NCBI GenBank assembly: GCA_963848965.1
Contig: CAWKFG010000004.1
Location: forward strand, 224,001-288,000
DNA: 64,000 bases
Source of the DNA: an uncultured bacterium
Lineage (GTDB): Bacteria; Babelota; Babeliae; Babelales; Babelaceae
Direction: 5' to 3'
Shown here: one piece after another, positions 1 through 10,288 of the stretch
Numbering within the stretch: position 1 is the first letter of the stretch
Layout: each line of letters begins with the position of its first letter
Notes under the pieces: generated by a model
Told to the model about the DNA's origin: nothing
The model's input: the letters and a program-made list of their open reading frames with translations, nothing else
Database searches by the model: none
Translations under genes and position numbers: made by a program

Positions 1-14
1 TTGCGCGTTGTGCT

Positions 15-695
15 ATGGCACTGGAGCAACCTGCTCATAATCCTCAATTACATTCACACGGCTTTGAAATTATGAAAGAATTGTTAAAACGCGGTGCAGA
101 TACTCTTGCTGCTTATAAATATGCAGATGCTATAGCGAAAGCGGATGGCCCTGATAAACACACCTATCAGGTTCTTCTAAGATATCTAGCATTTAAAAAA
201 AACTATATTGCTATAAAATGCAAAGAGCTAAAAGATAATAAATACTCTCGTGCTTGTAACCCAGAAGTAACGGATCTACCCTATGGTCTCTGGCTTATAC
301 TCCCTGCTAGACGTAACCATGAAAACTGTTCTCATCAAACTCCTTTTATATGGGCTTGCGCTTTAGCACATGAAGAAGACGTAAAAGCTCTCCTTAATTG
401 TGGACTTCCTAAATCTTATAGTAATGCTCGAGATATCAGAGGATATACAGCTTTAATGTATGCAGCAAAACACAATCACAGTAATATTATTAAGCTACTT
501 GCAACAAATGATCTTAGAGATAAAAATGGAAGATTAGTACTTACTAATAATGTTACTCAGTACATTGAAGCACTCATAGAGGCTACTAAAGAAAACAATT
601 ATATACTCGCAACCGAGATCTTTCTTTTCCTTATTGCTCCCAACTTTGGTAAACAACGAAGTATTGATTTTATTAGCCCTCCTACAAAAGAGTAA
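15..695 (+). CDS. Ankyrin-repeat protein (probably 5'-truncated by the window edge)
   Basis: Ankyrin consensus segments QTPFIWACALAHEEDVKALL and GYTALMYAAKHNHSNIIKLL; the frame is open back to the window start. Confidence 0.8.
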   Translation: MALEQPAHNPQLHSHGFEIMKELLKRGADTLAAYKYADAIAKADGPDKHTYQVLLRYLAFKKNYIAIKCKELKDNKYSRACNPEVTDLPYGLWLILPARRNHENCSHQTPFIWACALAHEEDVKALLNCGLPKSYSNARDIRGYTALMYAAKHNHSNIIKLLATNDLRDKNGRLVLTNNVTQYIEALIEATKENNYILATEIFLFLIAPNFGKQRSIDFISPPTKE

Positions 696-700
696 CAAAA

Positions 701-738
701 AGGGCGCTTGGATTTTCTCCAAGCGCCCTCTGTTTTTT
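701..738 (+). terminator. Intrinsic terminator, likely bidirectional
   Basis: Stem AGGGCGCTTGGA / TCCAAGCGCCCT flanked by A and T runs, between convergent genes. Confidence 0.8.
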
Positions 739-783
739 AAAAGCCTTTGTTATGCAACATCAGTTACAAACGAATTAGCAATG

Positions 784-2208
784 TCATCTGCCCGTCGCAA
801 AAAGTTTCTTACCGGCTTTGCAAGGCATATTATAAAGTTGTGTATATATTCGTGAAAAGATGTTACCTTTACTAAAGATATCTCTTCTATACAAATCGGA
901 GAACTTCTTTTTCTGTTCATTGCTATACGGTACTTCCTGTTGTGCAGACTCTTGTTTATGCAGCATATCTGTTGTAGGTAAGTTTCTAATAGCAAGTATA
1001 AGACGTTTATCCTCGGCTGTATTTTTTTCCAGATCTATATTAAGGTCAAGATCATCATTAGCTATATATCGTTGTACAACTCGAGCACGAACGTTCCATA
1101 ATTCACTAAGAACACCTTGCTTTAAGATGCTGTGATCTGGATCACATCCGTTTAACTGCGTTCTTATGTTAACAATTCGCTTAACGTGAGCTTGTTGCAT
1201 CTCATCATCAGTCATAGATATCTTACGTTGAGGATCAAACATATGAACAATTCCCCATGTGTAATCACCTGGATGTGCTCCTGCTGCTAAATCCTGCATT
1301 TCTTGCTCTAATGGTAACGTTACCTTATTACCGCCAAAAAGACCTTTAAAGCCTCGTCCAAATGCTGAGAACTTATCTCCTACATATGAAGCAGCTTTCT
1401 TAGCAATAATGCCAATGCTTCTGTGTGCATTACAACCACCGCCAAGCTGAATAATATCTCCAGTGGAGTAAAAGTTAAGAAGAAGATCTATATTCATTGG
1501 TCTACATTCTTTAAAATCATGCCCTTCCTGAATTATAGGAGCACCTATATGTACTGCAAGTGCAATAGAATTAAAGAGCGAATGGCTTGCATGATTCACC
1601 ACGTTACCACCATGGCTATGAGCTATAGTAACAACTCTAAAATTAGAGAAGTAGGTATTAATTAAGTCCGCTAATACCTGTCCTGCAGATCGCCGTGCCG
1701 AATCCTCTTCAGCACCAGTCCAACCAAATGTTAGCATATGTACAGAAGTGTTTTGATAATATGCTGCTTGTTCTGCAAACTTCTTAGTCTTAGGAAGCAA
1801 GTTCATTCGATTTTCTTCATTCTCATCCATATACTCTGGGCTATGTGCTCGCGCATTAGTTCCATGAATAAGAAATACCACTATTGGAGCTGCGTGAGGA
1901 TCACGGTTAACAGGATTATATACCTTATAATGGAATACTCCTGCTCCTACAGACTCACTTATTTGTCTCCACCTAAACTTGTCTGCAATTATATTTGGTG
2001 AAACATCATTCCATCCAGTAGTATTAGGAATTTGGATCTGCTGTGGCTGTGCAATGCCATCTACATCAAGCCAGCTGTCTGCTAATGCGTCTTTTCCATA
2101 CCACGAACTGGCAGGATCAACGCCTGAAAAATGTCGTACCCCATCTGCGTGGACTAATCCACTCATAGATACGAGTGCTATAAGCGCTATAGCTATTTTA
2201 TATACCAT
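784..2208 (-). CDS. Secreted alpha/beta-hydrolase (lipase-like)
   Basis: N-terminal signal peptide; IHGT oxyanion motif; AHSHGG nucleophile elbow. Confidence 0.7.
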   Translation of the reverse strand: MVYKIAIALIALVSMSGLVHADGVRHFSGVDPASSWYGKDALADSWLDVDGIAQPQQIQIPNTTGWNDVSPNIIADKFRWRQISESVGAGVFHYKVYNPVNRDPHAAPIVVFLIHGTNARAHSPEYMDENEENRMNLLPKTKKFAEQAAYYQNTSVHMLTFGWTGAEEDSARRSAGQVLADLINTYFSNFRVVTIAHSHGGNVVNHASHSLFNSIALAVHIGAPIIQEGHDFKECRPMNIDLLLNFYSTGDIIQLGGGCNAHRSIGIIAKKAASYVGDKFSAFGRGFKGLFGGNKVTLPLEQEMQDLAAGAHPGDYTWGIVHMFDPQRKISMTDDEMQQAHVKRIVNIRTQLNGCDPDHSILKQGVLSELWNVRARVVQRYIANDDLDLNIDLEKNTAEDKRLILAIRNLPTTDMLHKQESAQQEVPYSNEQKKKFSDLYRRDIFSKGNIFSRIYTQLYNMPCKAGKKLFATGR

Positions 2209-2637
2209 ACACCACCTATTTGTTAAATGTATTTATGTCAAAAATATTTTACTCCACTTGTATCAAAGAATACCTTATTTTGTATATTTGTCAACATGCT
2301 TATTTCTTTTAAATTATCAGATAAAAAATTTTACCTTCGCTTACTCACCATTTTCCTTATAAGTATAAAAGAGTATACCATACAGAACCTACCTTTATCA
2401 AAAGGTATCTTCTTTCTTAAAGTAAGCGAAACCAAATTATCATTAAACAAAGATTAAAGTCGGCAAGATATTCTCCACCTCATAACGACATGAGCTAGAG
2501 CTCGTGGAGGCCTAGACCTCTTATAAAGAAGCAGTGACCAATGAAGTGAAAATAGTAATGCTTGTATCCCCGCCCGACCTTAGAGGGAGATATCACTATA
2601 AAAGACATTATATTTTTTATACTATTTGCGAAAAGCA

Positions 2638-2667
2638 TTGACATTGAATAAAGCATTTTTATAAAAT
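2638..2667 (+). promoter_or_regulatory. Sigma70-type promoter
   Basis: TTGACA-N18-TAAAAT upstream of an AGGAG RBS and the ATG at 2700. Confidence 0.55.
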
Positions 2668-2699
2668 TAATTCAGGTAGATAATTAAACAGGAGAAAAA

Positions 2700-2969
2700 A
2701 TGTTTCGTTATGCAAAAACAGCTTTACTACTCATTGCTAGCATGCTCTACATCTCTGTATCGGCAGGCACCTGTACATGTAAAATCGGTTCGCCAATGCC
2801 CACAGTAAGTCATCCTCAACCGGGAGTAACGATATCACAAATGAATTACTCAGAAACACTTCGTGGTGGGGTTCCTTCTCGCCAAGCATGCAAGGAGCTC
2901 TGCAAAAAAGTACGTAGAGACTTTGGATATCCACGAAATACGCCTGTTAATTATTCATTTAAACCATAA
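2700..2969 (+). CDS. Small secreted cysteine-containing protein
   Basis: AGGAG RBS, signal peptide, CxC and CxxxC motifs. Confidence 0.75.
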   Translation: MFRYAKTALLLIASMLYISVSAGTCTCKIGSPMPTVSHPQPGVTISQMNYSETLRGGVPSRQACKELCKKVRRDFGYPRNTPVNYSFKP

Positions 2970-3003
2970 GGAAACAAACACATTACTTTAAAAAGGAGAA
3001 ACT

Positions 3004-3150
3004 ATGTTTAAGAAAATCGCTTTAATGACTATTGCAGCAGTAATCTTTATGTCATCATTGCCTGTATTTGGATGTCCCTGCGGAGGAGCACGTCCTAAAA
3101 CATCAACTTCTAAAGTTCCACAAAATGGACAACAATCAACAAGAAGATAA
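3004..3150 (+). CDS. 48-aa secreted peptide (not in the ORF track)
   Basis: AAGGAG RBS; MFKKIALMTIAAVIFMSSLPVFGCPCGGARPKTSTSKVPQNGQQSTRR*; followed by a hairpin terminator. Confidence 0.7.
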   Translation: MFKKIALMTIAAVIFMSSLPVFGCPCGGARPKTSTSKVPQNGQQSTRR

Positions 3151-3157
3151 ATAATTA

Positions 3158-3182
3158 AGGGCCCTTAAAGGGCCTTTCATTT
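3158..3182 (+). terminator. Intrinsic terminator
   Basis: GGCCCT-TAA-AGGGCC followed by a T-rich tract. Confidence 0.55.
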
Positions 3183-3294
3183 AGTTAATCATACAAAACA
3201 CTTTTTCATCACTGTTTCTAGTATAAGTGACAAACAGCACACGTATGCTTTTACAACAACAAATGTAGTAATGTATACACCCTTTAATGCACAA

Positions 3295-4740
3295 CTAATC
3301 ATAATTTTGCGGATGCATAGTATGCCATGGTGTCGCCTGTTCGTAGGCATAGGCAGCTTGATATAACTGACCTTCTGACAAATCTGGCCCCACTAACTGG
3401 AACCCTATAGGAAGCATACTTTTAGTAAACCCACATGGAACACTTAATGCAGGAATACCTGCTAAATTAATAGGACCTGTAAAATAATCCTGAAGATCCA
3501 TCTCTATACTATTACCTTCATAGGCGCCAAACTTAAATGCTGGTATAGGAGCTCCTGGCATAAACAGCAGATCTACCTCTTTAAATGCTCTCATAAACTC
3601 ATCACGTATAAGACCTTGAACAATCTTAGCACTATTATAAAATTGATCTGCATGCCCTACTGATAATACATAATTACCAATTAAAATACGTGACTTTACT
3701 TCTAAACCAAATCCTTCATAACGAGTATTTGTATACATCTGGTTTAGTGTCTTACTCTCTTTACTTCTAAGGCCATAACGTACTCCGTCAAATCGTGCAA
3801 GATTAGATGCTGCTTCTGCACGACTCACCATAAAATAGGCAGCAGTTCCATGGTCCATCATAGGTAAAGTAAGACGTTTAATACGAGCACCTAATTTTTC
3901 AAAAGTACGTAGTGCTTCATTCAAACCAGTATACACTTCTTCATCAAATCCTTGAGCTTCAAGAGCATTATCTATAACTCCTAACGTAAACCCTTCTTTT
4001 AACTTTCCTGTTAAATACTTTGTATAATCTTGTGATACAACCTGTAGGCAACTTGAATCTCGATCATCTTTTCCAGCAATAAAAGACAGAATAAGTGCAT
4101 TATCATAGACATTACGTGTCAGCGGTCCTATCTGATCTAAAGAAGAAGCATATGCTATAAGACCATAACGAGAAACACGACCATATGTTGGTTTTAATCC
4201 TACAATTCCACAAAATGTCGCTGGTTGTCGTATAGATCCTCCCGTATCTGAACCTAATGCCCAAGGTACTAACCCTGCTGCTACAGCAGCTGCAGAACCA
4301 CTACTCGATCCTCCCGGAACTCTACTTGTATCCCACGGGTTTTTTGTAAGTTGAAATGCAGAAGCCTCAGAAGAGCTGCCCATACCAAACTCATCCATAT
4401 TTGCTCTTCCAATGAGCGGTGCTCCAGAGGCTTTAAGCCTTTTTATTGTAGTAGCATCATACGGTGCATTATAGTTTTCTAAAATCTTTGATGCACATGA
4501 GGTAACGCGTCCTTGCTGACATATGTTATCTTTTATAAGCCCTGGAATACCACGTAATGGTCCATCACCTGTTTTTTCCATAATAGATGATTGATCAAAA
4601 ATTTCTAAAGCAGATCCTAAAGTTGTATCATACTTTTTAAACCGCTCACCATAATAGGCGATAAGCTCTTGTGAAGTTATTTCTTTATCTTCAATTTTTT
4701 TTTGCAATGTTTTTATTGAAGCAAATGCTAGTTCTTTCAT
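3295..4740 (-). CDS. gatA: Asp/Glu-tRNA amidotransferase subunit A, copy 2
   Basis: [24 protein letters not shown] and [16 protein letters not shown] motifs. Confidence 0.93.
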   Translation of the reverse strand: MKELAFASIKTLQKKIEDKEITSQELIAYYGERFKKYDTTLGSALEIFDQSSIMEKTGDGPLRGIPGLIKDNICQQGRVTSCASKILENYNAPYDATTIKRLKASGAPLIGRANMDEFGMGSSSEASAFQLTKNPWDTSRVPGGSSSGSAAAVAAGLVPWALGSDTGGSIRQPATFCGIVGLKPTYGRVSRYGLIAYASSLDQIGPLTRNVYDNALILSFIAGKDDRDSSCLQVVSQDYTKYLTGKLKEGFTLGVIDNALEAQGFDEEVYTGLNEALRTFEKLGARIKRLTLPMMDHGTAAYFMVSRAEAASNLARFDGVRYGLRSKESKTLNQMYTNTRYEGFGLEVKSRILIGNYVLSVGHADQFYNSAKIVQGLIRDEFMRAFKEVDLLFMPGAPIPAFKFGAYEGNSIEMDLQDYFTGPINLAGIPALSVPCGFTKSMLPIGFQLVGPDLSEGQLYQAAYAYEQATPWHTMHPQNYD

Positions 4741-4761
4741 GCAAACCTTACTCGTAACATT

Positions 4762-6207
4762 TTATTTGTAATTTTGTGGATGCATAGTATGCCATGGTGT
4801 TGCCTGTTCATAGGCATATGCCGCTTGAAACAACTGACCTTCTGATAAATCTGGTCCCATAAGCTGGAAACCTATAGGAAGCATACTTTTAGTAAATCCA
4901 CAAGGAACACTTAATGCAGGAGTTCCCGTTAAGTTGCTTGGAGAAGTAAAATAGTCCTGAAGATCCATCTCTATACTCTCGAGCCCAATTTCTCCAAATT
5001 TAAATGCGGCAATAGGGGTAACCGGACCAAATAAAAGATCAACTTCTTTAAACGCTTTATTAAGCTCATCTCGCATAAGACCTTGTACAATCTTAGCACT
5101 ATTATAAAATTGATCTGCATGTCCTACTGATAACGCATAATTACCGATTAAGATACGCGATTTTACTAAAAATCCAAATCCTTCACCTCGAGTGTTTGTA
5201 TACATTTCGTTAAGAGTCTCACTCTTTTTACTTCTATGCCCATAACGAACTCCGTCAAATCGTGCAAGATTAGACGCAGCTTCTGCACGACTTACAAGAA
5301 AGTATGTTGCAGCACCATGGTCCATCATAGGTAAGGTAAGACGCTTAATACGAGCACCTAGTTTTTCAAAGGTACGTAATGCTTCATTCAAAGCAGCATA
5401 CACCTCTTCATTAAACCCTTGAGCTTCAAGAGCATTATCTATAACTCCTAACGTAAATCCTTCTTTTAACTTTCCTGTTAAATGCTTTGTATAATCTTGT
5501 GGCTCAACAGGTAAACTACTTGAATCATGCACGTCTTTTCCTGCCATTACTGAAAGAATAAGTGCATTATCATAAACTTCACGTGTAAGCACTCCTATTT
5601 GATCTAAAGAAGAAGCATATGCTATAAGACCATAACGAGAGACAAGTCCATATGTTGGCTTTAGTCCTACAATTCCGCAAAATGCAGCCGGTTGTCGTAC
5701 TGAACCTCCTGTTTCTGTGCCTAATGCCCAGGGCACTAGTCCGGCAGCTACAGCAGCTGCAGAGCCACTACTTGATCCTCCTGGAACTCTACTTGTGTCC
5801 CACGGGTTTTTTGTAAGTTGAAATGCAGACGTTTCACCAGAGCTGCCCATAGCAAATTCGTCCATATTTGCTCTTCCAAGAATCGGAGCTCCTGCTTTTT
5901 TAAGCCTTTGTATAACAGTAGCATCATAAGGTGCATTATAACGTTCTAAAATCTTTGATGCACAAGATGCATTACGTCCCTGCTGACAGATATTATCTTT
6001 TATAAGCCCTGGAATACCATTGAGTGTTCCTGGTTGCATACGCTCTGTAATTGATTCAAGATCAAAAATCTGTAAGGCTGCATCGAGGTTTTTATTATGC
6101 TGCAGAAAGCGCTCTCTATAAAAAGAGAGTAACTCAGCTGGTTGTATCTCTTTACTTTCTACTTTTTTTTGTAACGTTCTTATTGAAGCAAATGAAAGTT
6201 CGTTCAT
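4762..6207 (-). CDS. gatA: Asp/Glu-tRNA amidotransferase subunit A, copy 1
   Basis: Same amidase signature (GTETGGSVRQPA); overlaps the gatC stop. Confidence 0.95.
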   Translation of the reverse strand: MNELSFASIRTLQKKVESKEIQPAELLSFYRERFLQHNKNLDAALQIFDLESITERMQPGTLNGIPGLIKDNICQQGRNASCASKILERYNAPYDATVIQRLKKAGAPILGRANMDEFAMGSSGETSAFQLTKNPWDTSRVPGGSSSGSAAAVAAGLVPWALGTETGGSVRQPAAFCGIVGLKPTYGLVSRYGLIAYASSLDQIGVLTREVYDNALILSVMAGKDVHDSSSLPVEPQDYTKHLTGKLKEGFTLGVIDNALEAQGFNEEVYAALNEALRTFEKLGARIKRLTLPMMDHGAATYFLVSRAEAASNLARFDGVRYGHRSKKSETLNEMYTNTRGEGFGFLVKSRILIGNYALSVGHADQFYNSAKIVQGLMRDELNKAFKEVDLLFGPVTPIAAFKFGEIGLESIEMDLQDYFTSPSNLTGTPALSVPCGFTKSMLPIGFQLMGPDLSEGQLFQAAYAYEQATPWHTMHPQNYK

Positions 6208-6500
6208 AAGTCAGGGGTGCCTTTAAGAATCATAGGAACAACAAAATAATTTTCTTCACGCACAGGAGCTCGAGAGAGTATAAGTTCAGGATCAGTTTTT
6301 ATAATCTCATCAGCACGCATTACATTCACATTTTTAGGAAGTGGTTCCGGTTGTGCAGTAGCCGCAACCTCTTTTAAATGTGATGCATAAGAAAGCACCG
6401 CTTCTAGTTTACTCATAAGAGCAGGTATTTCTTCTTCTTGTACCCGTATCTGAGAAATAGCCCCTAAGCGCAGCACATCTTCTTTGGTAATTTTTACCAT
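6204..6500 (-). CDS. gatC: Asp/Glu-tRNA amidotransferase subunit C
   Basis: ITKEDV..., NVMRAD...APVREENYFVVP; the ATG at 6500 overlaps the MATE stop (TAATG). Confidence 0.92.
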   Translation of the reverse strand: MVKITKEDVLRLGAISQIRVQEEEIPALMSKLEAVLSYASHLKEVAATAQPEPLPKNVNVMRADEIIKTDPELILSRAPVREENYFVVPMILKGTPDL

Positions 6501-7927
6501 TAAACACCTTTTAGTGATTGATTTTTCCACTCTTCACTTTTAAACTTGCGAAGATAAATAATACTCATAATAGCATTCCCCACATAGAGGGACCCATATA
6601 TAAGAATAAATTTAATTAAGAGATTATCAATAGGCAAACGAGAAATAAGGTATGAAGTAGGAATAAAATAGAACCCTGTAACAAGCATACGTACTACCAT
6701 TACCGTCCTCATTTGAGCAGCACCGCGCAAAGCTGCAGATAAAATAACTTGTATAAGATCAAAAAACACAAGCATACTCATAAAAGGAACTGTGGCTGCT
6801 GCAAAATCAGTAAATGCATTACCTTTATCAAAAAATGAGAGGAAAAACTGAGGCCACATAAGCAGTGCAAGAAGCAAACAAGAGACAAAGATCGTAGAAA
6901 TTACGAGTACTCTCGTTATATTATGCTTTATTCTTTGCCAACGTTGCGCTTTATAGTCGTTACTCACTAAAAAGGTAATCACTTGTGCAAACGCTATACC
7001 AGGTAATATAGAAACCTGTAAAGCGAGCTTCATAAAAGAGTAGGTAGGTAATATAGAGCATGCAGCATCAGGTGGCGCCCCTTTTACCATACAAGCGACC
7101 ATCTTGGCAAGCCAAATATAACATAAAGCAAAACTAGCTTTATCTATCATAACAGGCCAACTTAAGTGCAGTAACGATTTTAACGTTGCCCATTTAATAG
7201 GTGAAAAAAACTGCAATGTATATTTACGACTTTCAGCACTAGTACAGACATACCATAAAGCACCTATAAGCATAACAGAATACTGAATAACATAGGCGAG
7301 TGCAGACCCTTGAAAGCCCATACAAGGAAAGCCCCACGCACCAAAAATAAGAGCATAATCAAAAAATAAAAATACTGCAGCTCCTACAACAAACAGAAGC
7401 ATTGGTACTCGTGTATTTTTAATGCCGCGTAAAAAACCAAGAAGCGAGAAATAAATAAACGTAAAAAACACACCAACAGCACGTAATCGCAAGAAAGGGA
7501 CACCAAGCTCAACCATCTCTTGTGGAACACCATAAAATGCATATATAGCACATGCGCCCCAATAAAGAGAGAGAGCAATGAGACCACCTAATATCATTGT
7601 TATCCAAAAAGCATCAGTAGCCGTTTTGCCTGTTTTGTAATAAGCCTCTATACCATTATGTTGACCACACAATACTACCATACCGACTGAAAATCCATCT
7701 GCAATCTTTGTTATAAAATGGACCAAGGTATCAGTAACACCTAAGGTAGCATAAGCAGAACTATTTCCTAATACAGCAATAAATCTGCTATCAATAAGAG
7801 TAAGAGCGGTATAGAGCAAAAACGCAGTTATAAACTCTGGGTAAAAGTATCTCCAAAGGGCACTATAACTCTCTCCTTGCTCGTGCGCGTGTACAGTATT
7901 CGTTACCGTAAAAGTCTTTTTCATCAT
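6500..7927 (-). CDS. MATE family efflux transporter
   Basis: About 12 TM helices; GFLRGIKNTRVPM, GFQGSALA and ALRGAAQMR MATE motifs. Confidence 0.88.
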   Translation of the reverse strand: MMKKTFTVTNTVHAHEQGESYSALWRYFYPEFITAFLLYTALTLIDSRFIAVLGNSSAYATLGVTDTLVHFITKIADGFSVGMVVLCGQHNGIEAYYKTGKTATDAFWITMILGGLIALSLYWGACAIYAFYGVPQEMVELGVPFLRLRAVGVFFTFIYFSLLGFLRGIKNTRVPMLLFVVGAAVFLFFDYALIFGAWGFPCMGFQGSALAYVIQYSVMLIGALWYVCTSAESRKYTLQFFSPIKWATLKSLLHLSWPVMIDKASFALCYIWLAKMVACMVKGAPPDAACSILPTYSFMKLALQVSILPGIAFAQVITFLVSNDYKAQRWQRIKHNITRVLVISTIFVSCLLLALLMWPQFFLSFFDKGNAFTDFAAATVPFMSMLVFFDLIQVILSAALRGAAQMRTVMVVRMLVTGFYFIPTSYLISRLPIDNLLIKFILIYGSLYVGNAIMSIIYLRKFKSEEWKNQSLKGV

Positions 7928-8010
7928 TCACCTTCGGTAAACAGTTGTAGCTCTTTGCTATCACAATCCATTGTACTGTATAATCCTTTGTTCATCACGT
8001 CAACCATTGC

Positions 8011-8649
8011 TCAAGGAGTAACAGGCCTTCTCAAGAATACTAATTTTCTCTTCTTATTACCAAGAGTATACCATTCTTCTTTTTCTACAAGCGGTACCTC
8101 CTTTTCATGAGGGACCCAATCCTTTGATGCCCAGTAGACAAGCAATGCATCTTTATAAAGACTTGAAGGCTTAAACATACGTAGCAGTTCAGCAGGTTGC
8201 AATGAAGCACGAGCACAAAAAATTTCAATGTTATATACTGTTTTTCTTAAAAAAGTACGCCAATCTAAGTCATATACCTCTACTGAATCTAAACCAAGCC
8301 GCTCTATAACATCATATAAAAATTGTATTTTTTTATGATTTACTTCAATCAAAACAAGTGCTAGATGAGGATACTTAATCTTGAGTGGTAATGCAGGAAA
8401 CCCTGCACCAGTACCAACATCACATAAAGATCGTATCTTCTTACAGTCGATAAATTGATCTAATGCAAGAGAGTCATCAAAATGATCTGAAAGCACTCGT
8501 TTCAGGTCTGTAATAGCAGTGAGATTATGAATATCGTTCGTTTCTACTACCATACGGTAATACTGTTGAAATTGCTCAGTTTGCTCTGCTGTAAGAGCAT
8601 GGCGCTCTATAAATGATGCCCACAATTGAGAAGAAGATTCGTTTTTCAT
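8011..8649 (-). CDS. rsmG: 16S rRNA (guanine527-N7) methyltransferase
   Basis: HNLTAI, HFDDSL, DVGTGAGFPALPL. Confidence 0.92.
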   Translation of the reverse strand: MKNESSSQLWASFIERHALTAEQTEQFQQYYRMVVETNDIHNLTAITDLKRVLSDHFDDSLALDQFIDCKKIRSLCDVGTGAGFPALPLKIKYPHLALVLIEVNHKKIQFLYDVIERLGLDSVEVYDLDWRTFLRKTVYNIEIFCARASLQPAELLRMFKPSSLYKDALLVYWASKDWVPHEKEVPLVEKEEWYTLGNKKRKLVFLRRPVTP

Positions 8650-8722
8650 AATGCAATCTAGACTTTGTTAAAGATTGTTTGTTACAGTTACTATAGTTTT
8701 ACCATTATATAAAGGGATAGTT

Positions 8723-9451
8723 ATGAAAAAATTACACCTTTTAAGTTTACTCTTTTTTCAGTGTACCATATTTTCCATAGTTGCTGAAATTCCTCCGCAT
8801 ATTATAACCTTTTTTATTCGTCCTTTACCGCCTGCTTATAAAGAAGCAGATCTTGCAAAACTTGAACGCTCTATAAGCTCTCCTGAAAAAATTGTAAAAA
8901 CCCTTATTAAAAAAGAAATTAACACACTACATCTCTATTCTGGTATCTATTCAAGCTATGGCGGTACCTTTGCTGTCTCTGATATGAACGGGCAAGTGGC
9001 CTTTGGCCGCAAAACTCCAGGACCGCGTCTTCATCTTATCGTTACTGAAGATATCAAAGCAGTACCAGTAAATCCGCTACGCAATAAAACGCTTCTTGGT
9101 TTTGTTCCAGATCCTAAAGCAGCTCTTCAATATTATCATTATGAACGCAAACAAGATCCAGAAACAGAACTTTACTCGTGGATTGTTACCGAAGAGCCGT
9201 TTGCAAAAAACAAGCGTATCCCTGTAGATGCTATTATTATTTTTGCACACCCTCGCCATATTGTTGTTCCTATAGGAACGACTCATACAACAGAGAGTGA
9301 AAACCTTGTATTACCAGACATTTTTACTACACACAATCTTACTTCGGCCCTTAATGCTCTCCGTTTCTTTAAAATACGTCATTATTTTTCCCGTGTAAAA
9401 ATAGTATATAAATTCCAACCAGATGGGTATCAGCAAAGGGTAAGTAATTAA
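8723..9451 (+). CDS. Hypothetical secreted protein
   Basis: Long ORF; likely start MKKLHLL at 8723 with a signal peptide. Confidence 0.65.
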   Translation: MKKLHLLSLLFFQCTIFSIVAEIPPHIITFFIRPLPPAYKEADLAKLERSISSPEKIVKTLIKKEINTLHLYSGIYSSYGGTFAVSDMNGQVAFGRKTPGPRLHLIVTEDIKAVPVNPLRNKTLLGFVPDPKAALQYYHYERKQDPETELYSWIVTEEPFAKNKRIPVDAIIIFAHPRHIVVPIGTTHTTESENLVLPDIFTTHNLTSALNALRFFKIRHYFSRVKIVYKFQPDGYQQRVSN

Positions 9452-9529
9452 CGCTATTTTTTTCAGATGGAAAAAATAGTGCTATACTAAAAGAAGTCTC
9501 AGCCTGAAAGTTTAAAAGGAACCGGTTTT

Positions 9530-10156
9530 ATGAAGTTACAAATTGCCTTTGACTTGATAGATAGTGATAAAGCACTTTCAATAGCAGCAGATACCGAATC
9601 ATATGCAGATATTTTTGAAGTTGGATCACTGCTTATTTATAAGTATGGAGATGTCGCTATTAAACGATTTAAAGAAAAGTTTCCTCATAAACTCCTTCTT
9701 GCTGATGCTAAAATTGTAGATCGTAGTAAAGATGCAGTAACACTCTTTGCTCAAGCAGGAGCTGACTGGATCACCGTTATGGCAGGAGCAGGAAAAAACG
9801 TTATACATACTGCCTGTACAATTGCTCACGAGCTTGGTAAAAAGATTATGCTTGATCTAGCTGATGCAAGTTCATTAGGCCAGTCTGCTTTAGAAGCTAA
9901 GAGTCTTGGCGTTGATGCTCTGCTGTTTCATAAACCAACTGAAGAAGATGAACAGTTGCTTTTTGCAGATCGTTGGGAAATGGTACGTGGTAATACCACC
10001 CTTCCTATCTTTATTTCTGCTGCCACTACCAGAGAGAATATTGCAGAACTTATTGCCATAGGTGCCTCTGGAATTATCATAGGTAATGCTATAATACGAT
10101 CAGATAACCCTCAACAAGAAGCTGCTTACTTTGCAAGCATTATGGGACGACGTTAA
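9530..10156 (+). CDS. 3-hexulose-6-phosphate synthase / KGPDC family (OMP decarboxylase barrel)
   Basis: KLQIAFD, EVG, ADAKIVD (DxKxxD), AGADWITVM. Confidence 0.8.
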   Translation: MKLQIAFDLIDSDKALSIAADTESYADIFEVGSLLIYKYGDVAIKRFKEKFPHKLLLADAKIVDRSKDAVTLFAQAGADWITVMAGAGKNVIHTACTIAHELGKKIMLDLADASSLGQSALEAKSLGVDALLFHKPTEEDEQLLFADRWEMVRGNTTLPIFISAATTRENIAELIAIGASGIIIGNAIIRSDNPQQEAAYFASIMGRR

Positions 10157-10288
10157 GTCTGTAACTGCTTGCTTTTCTTTTATTTTTTTAAACTTTTTCA
10201 CTTGACATTTGACTTTTTGAAATTAACCTTTTTAATATAAAAATATAAGCATGCCCAAAAAGGCCTTACGTAAAAAAAATGAAGTGTT

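Noticed and set aside
2227..2457. 76-aa ORF in the divergent intergenic region
   Set aside because: Very AT-rich, no RBS, promoter-like composition
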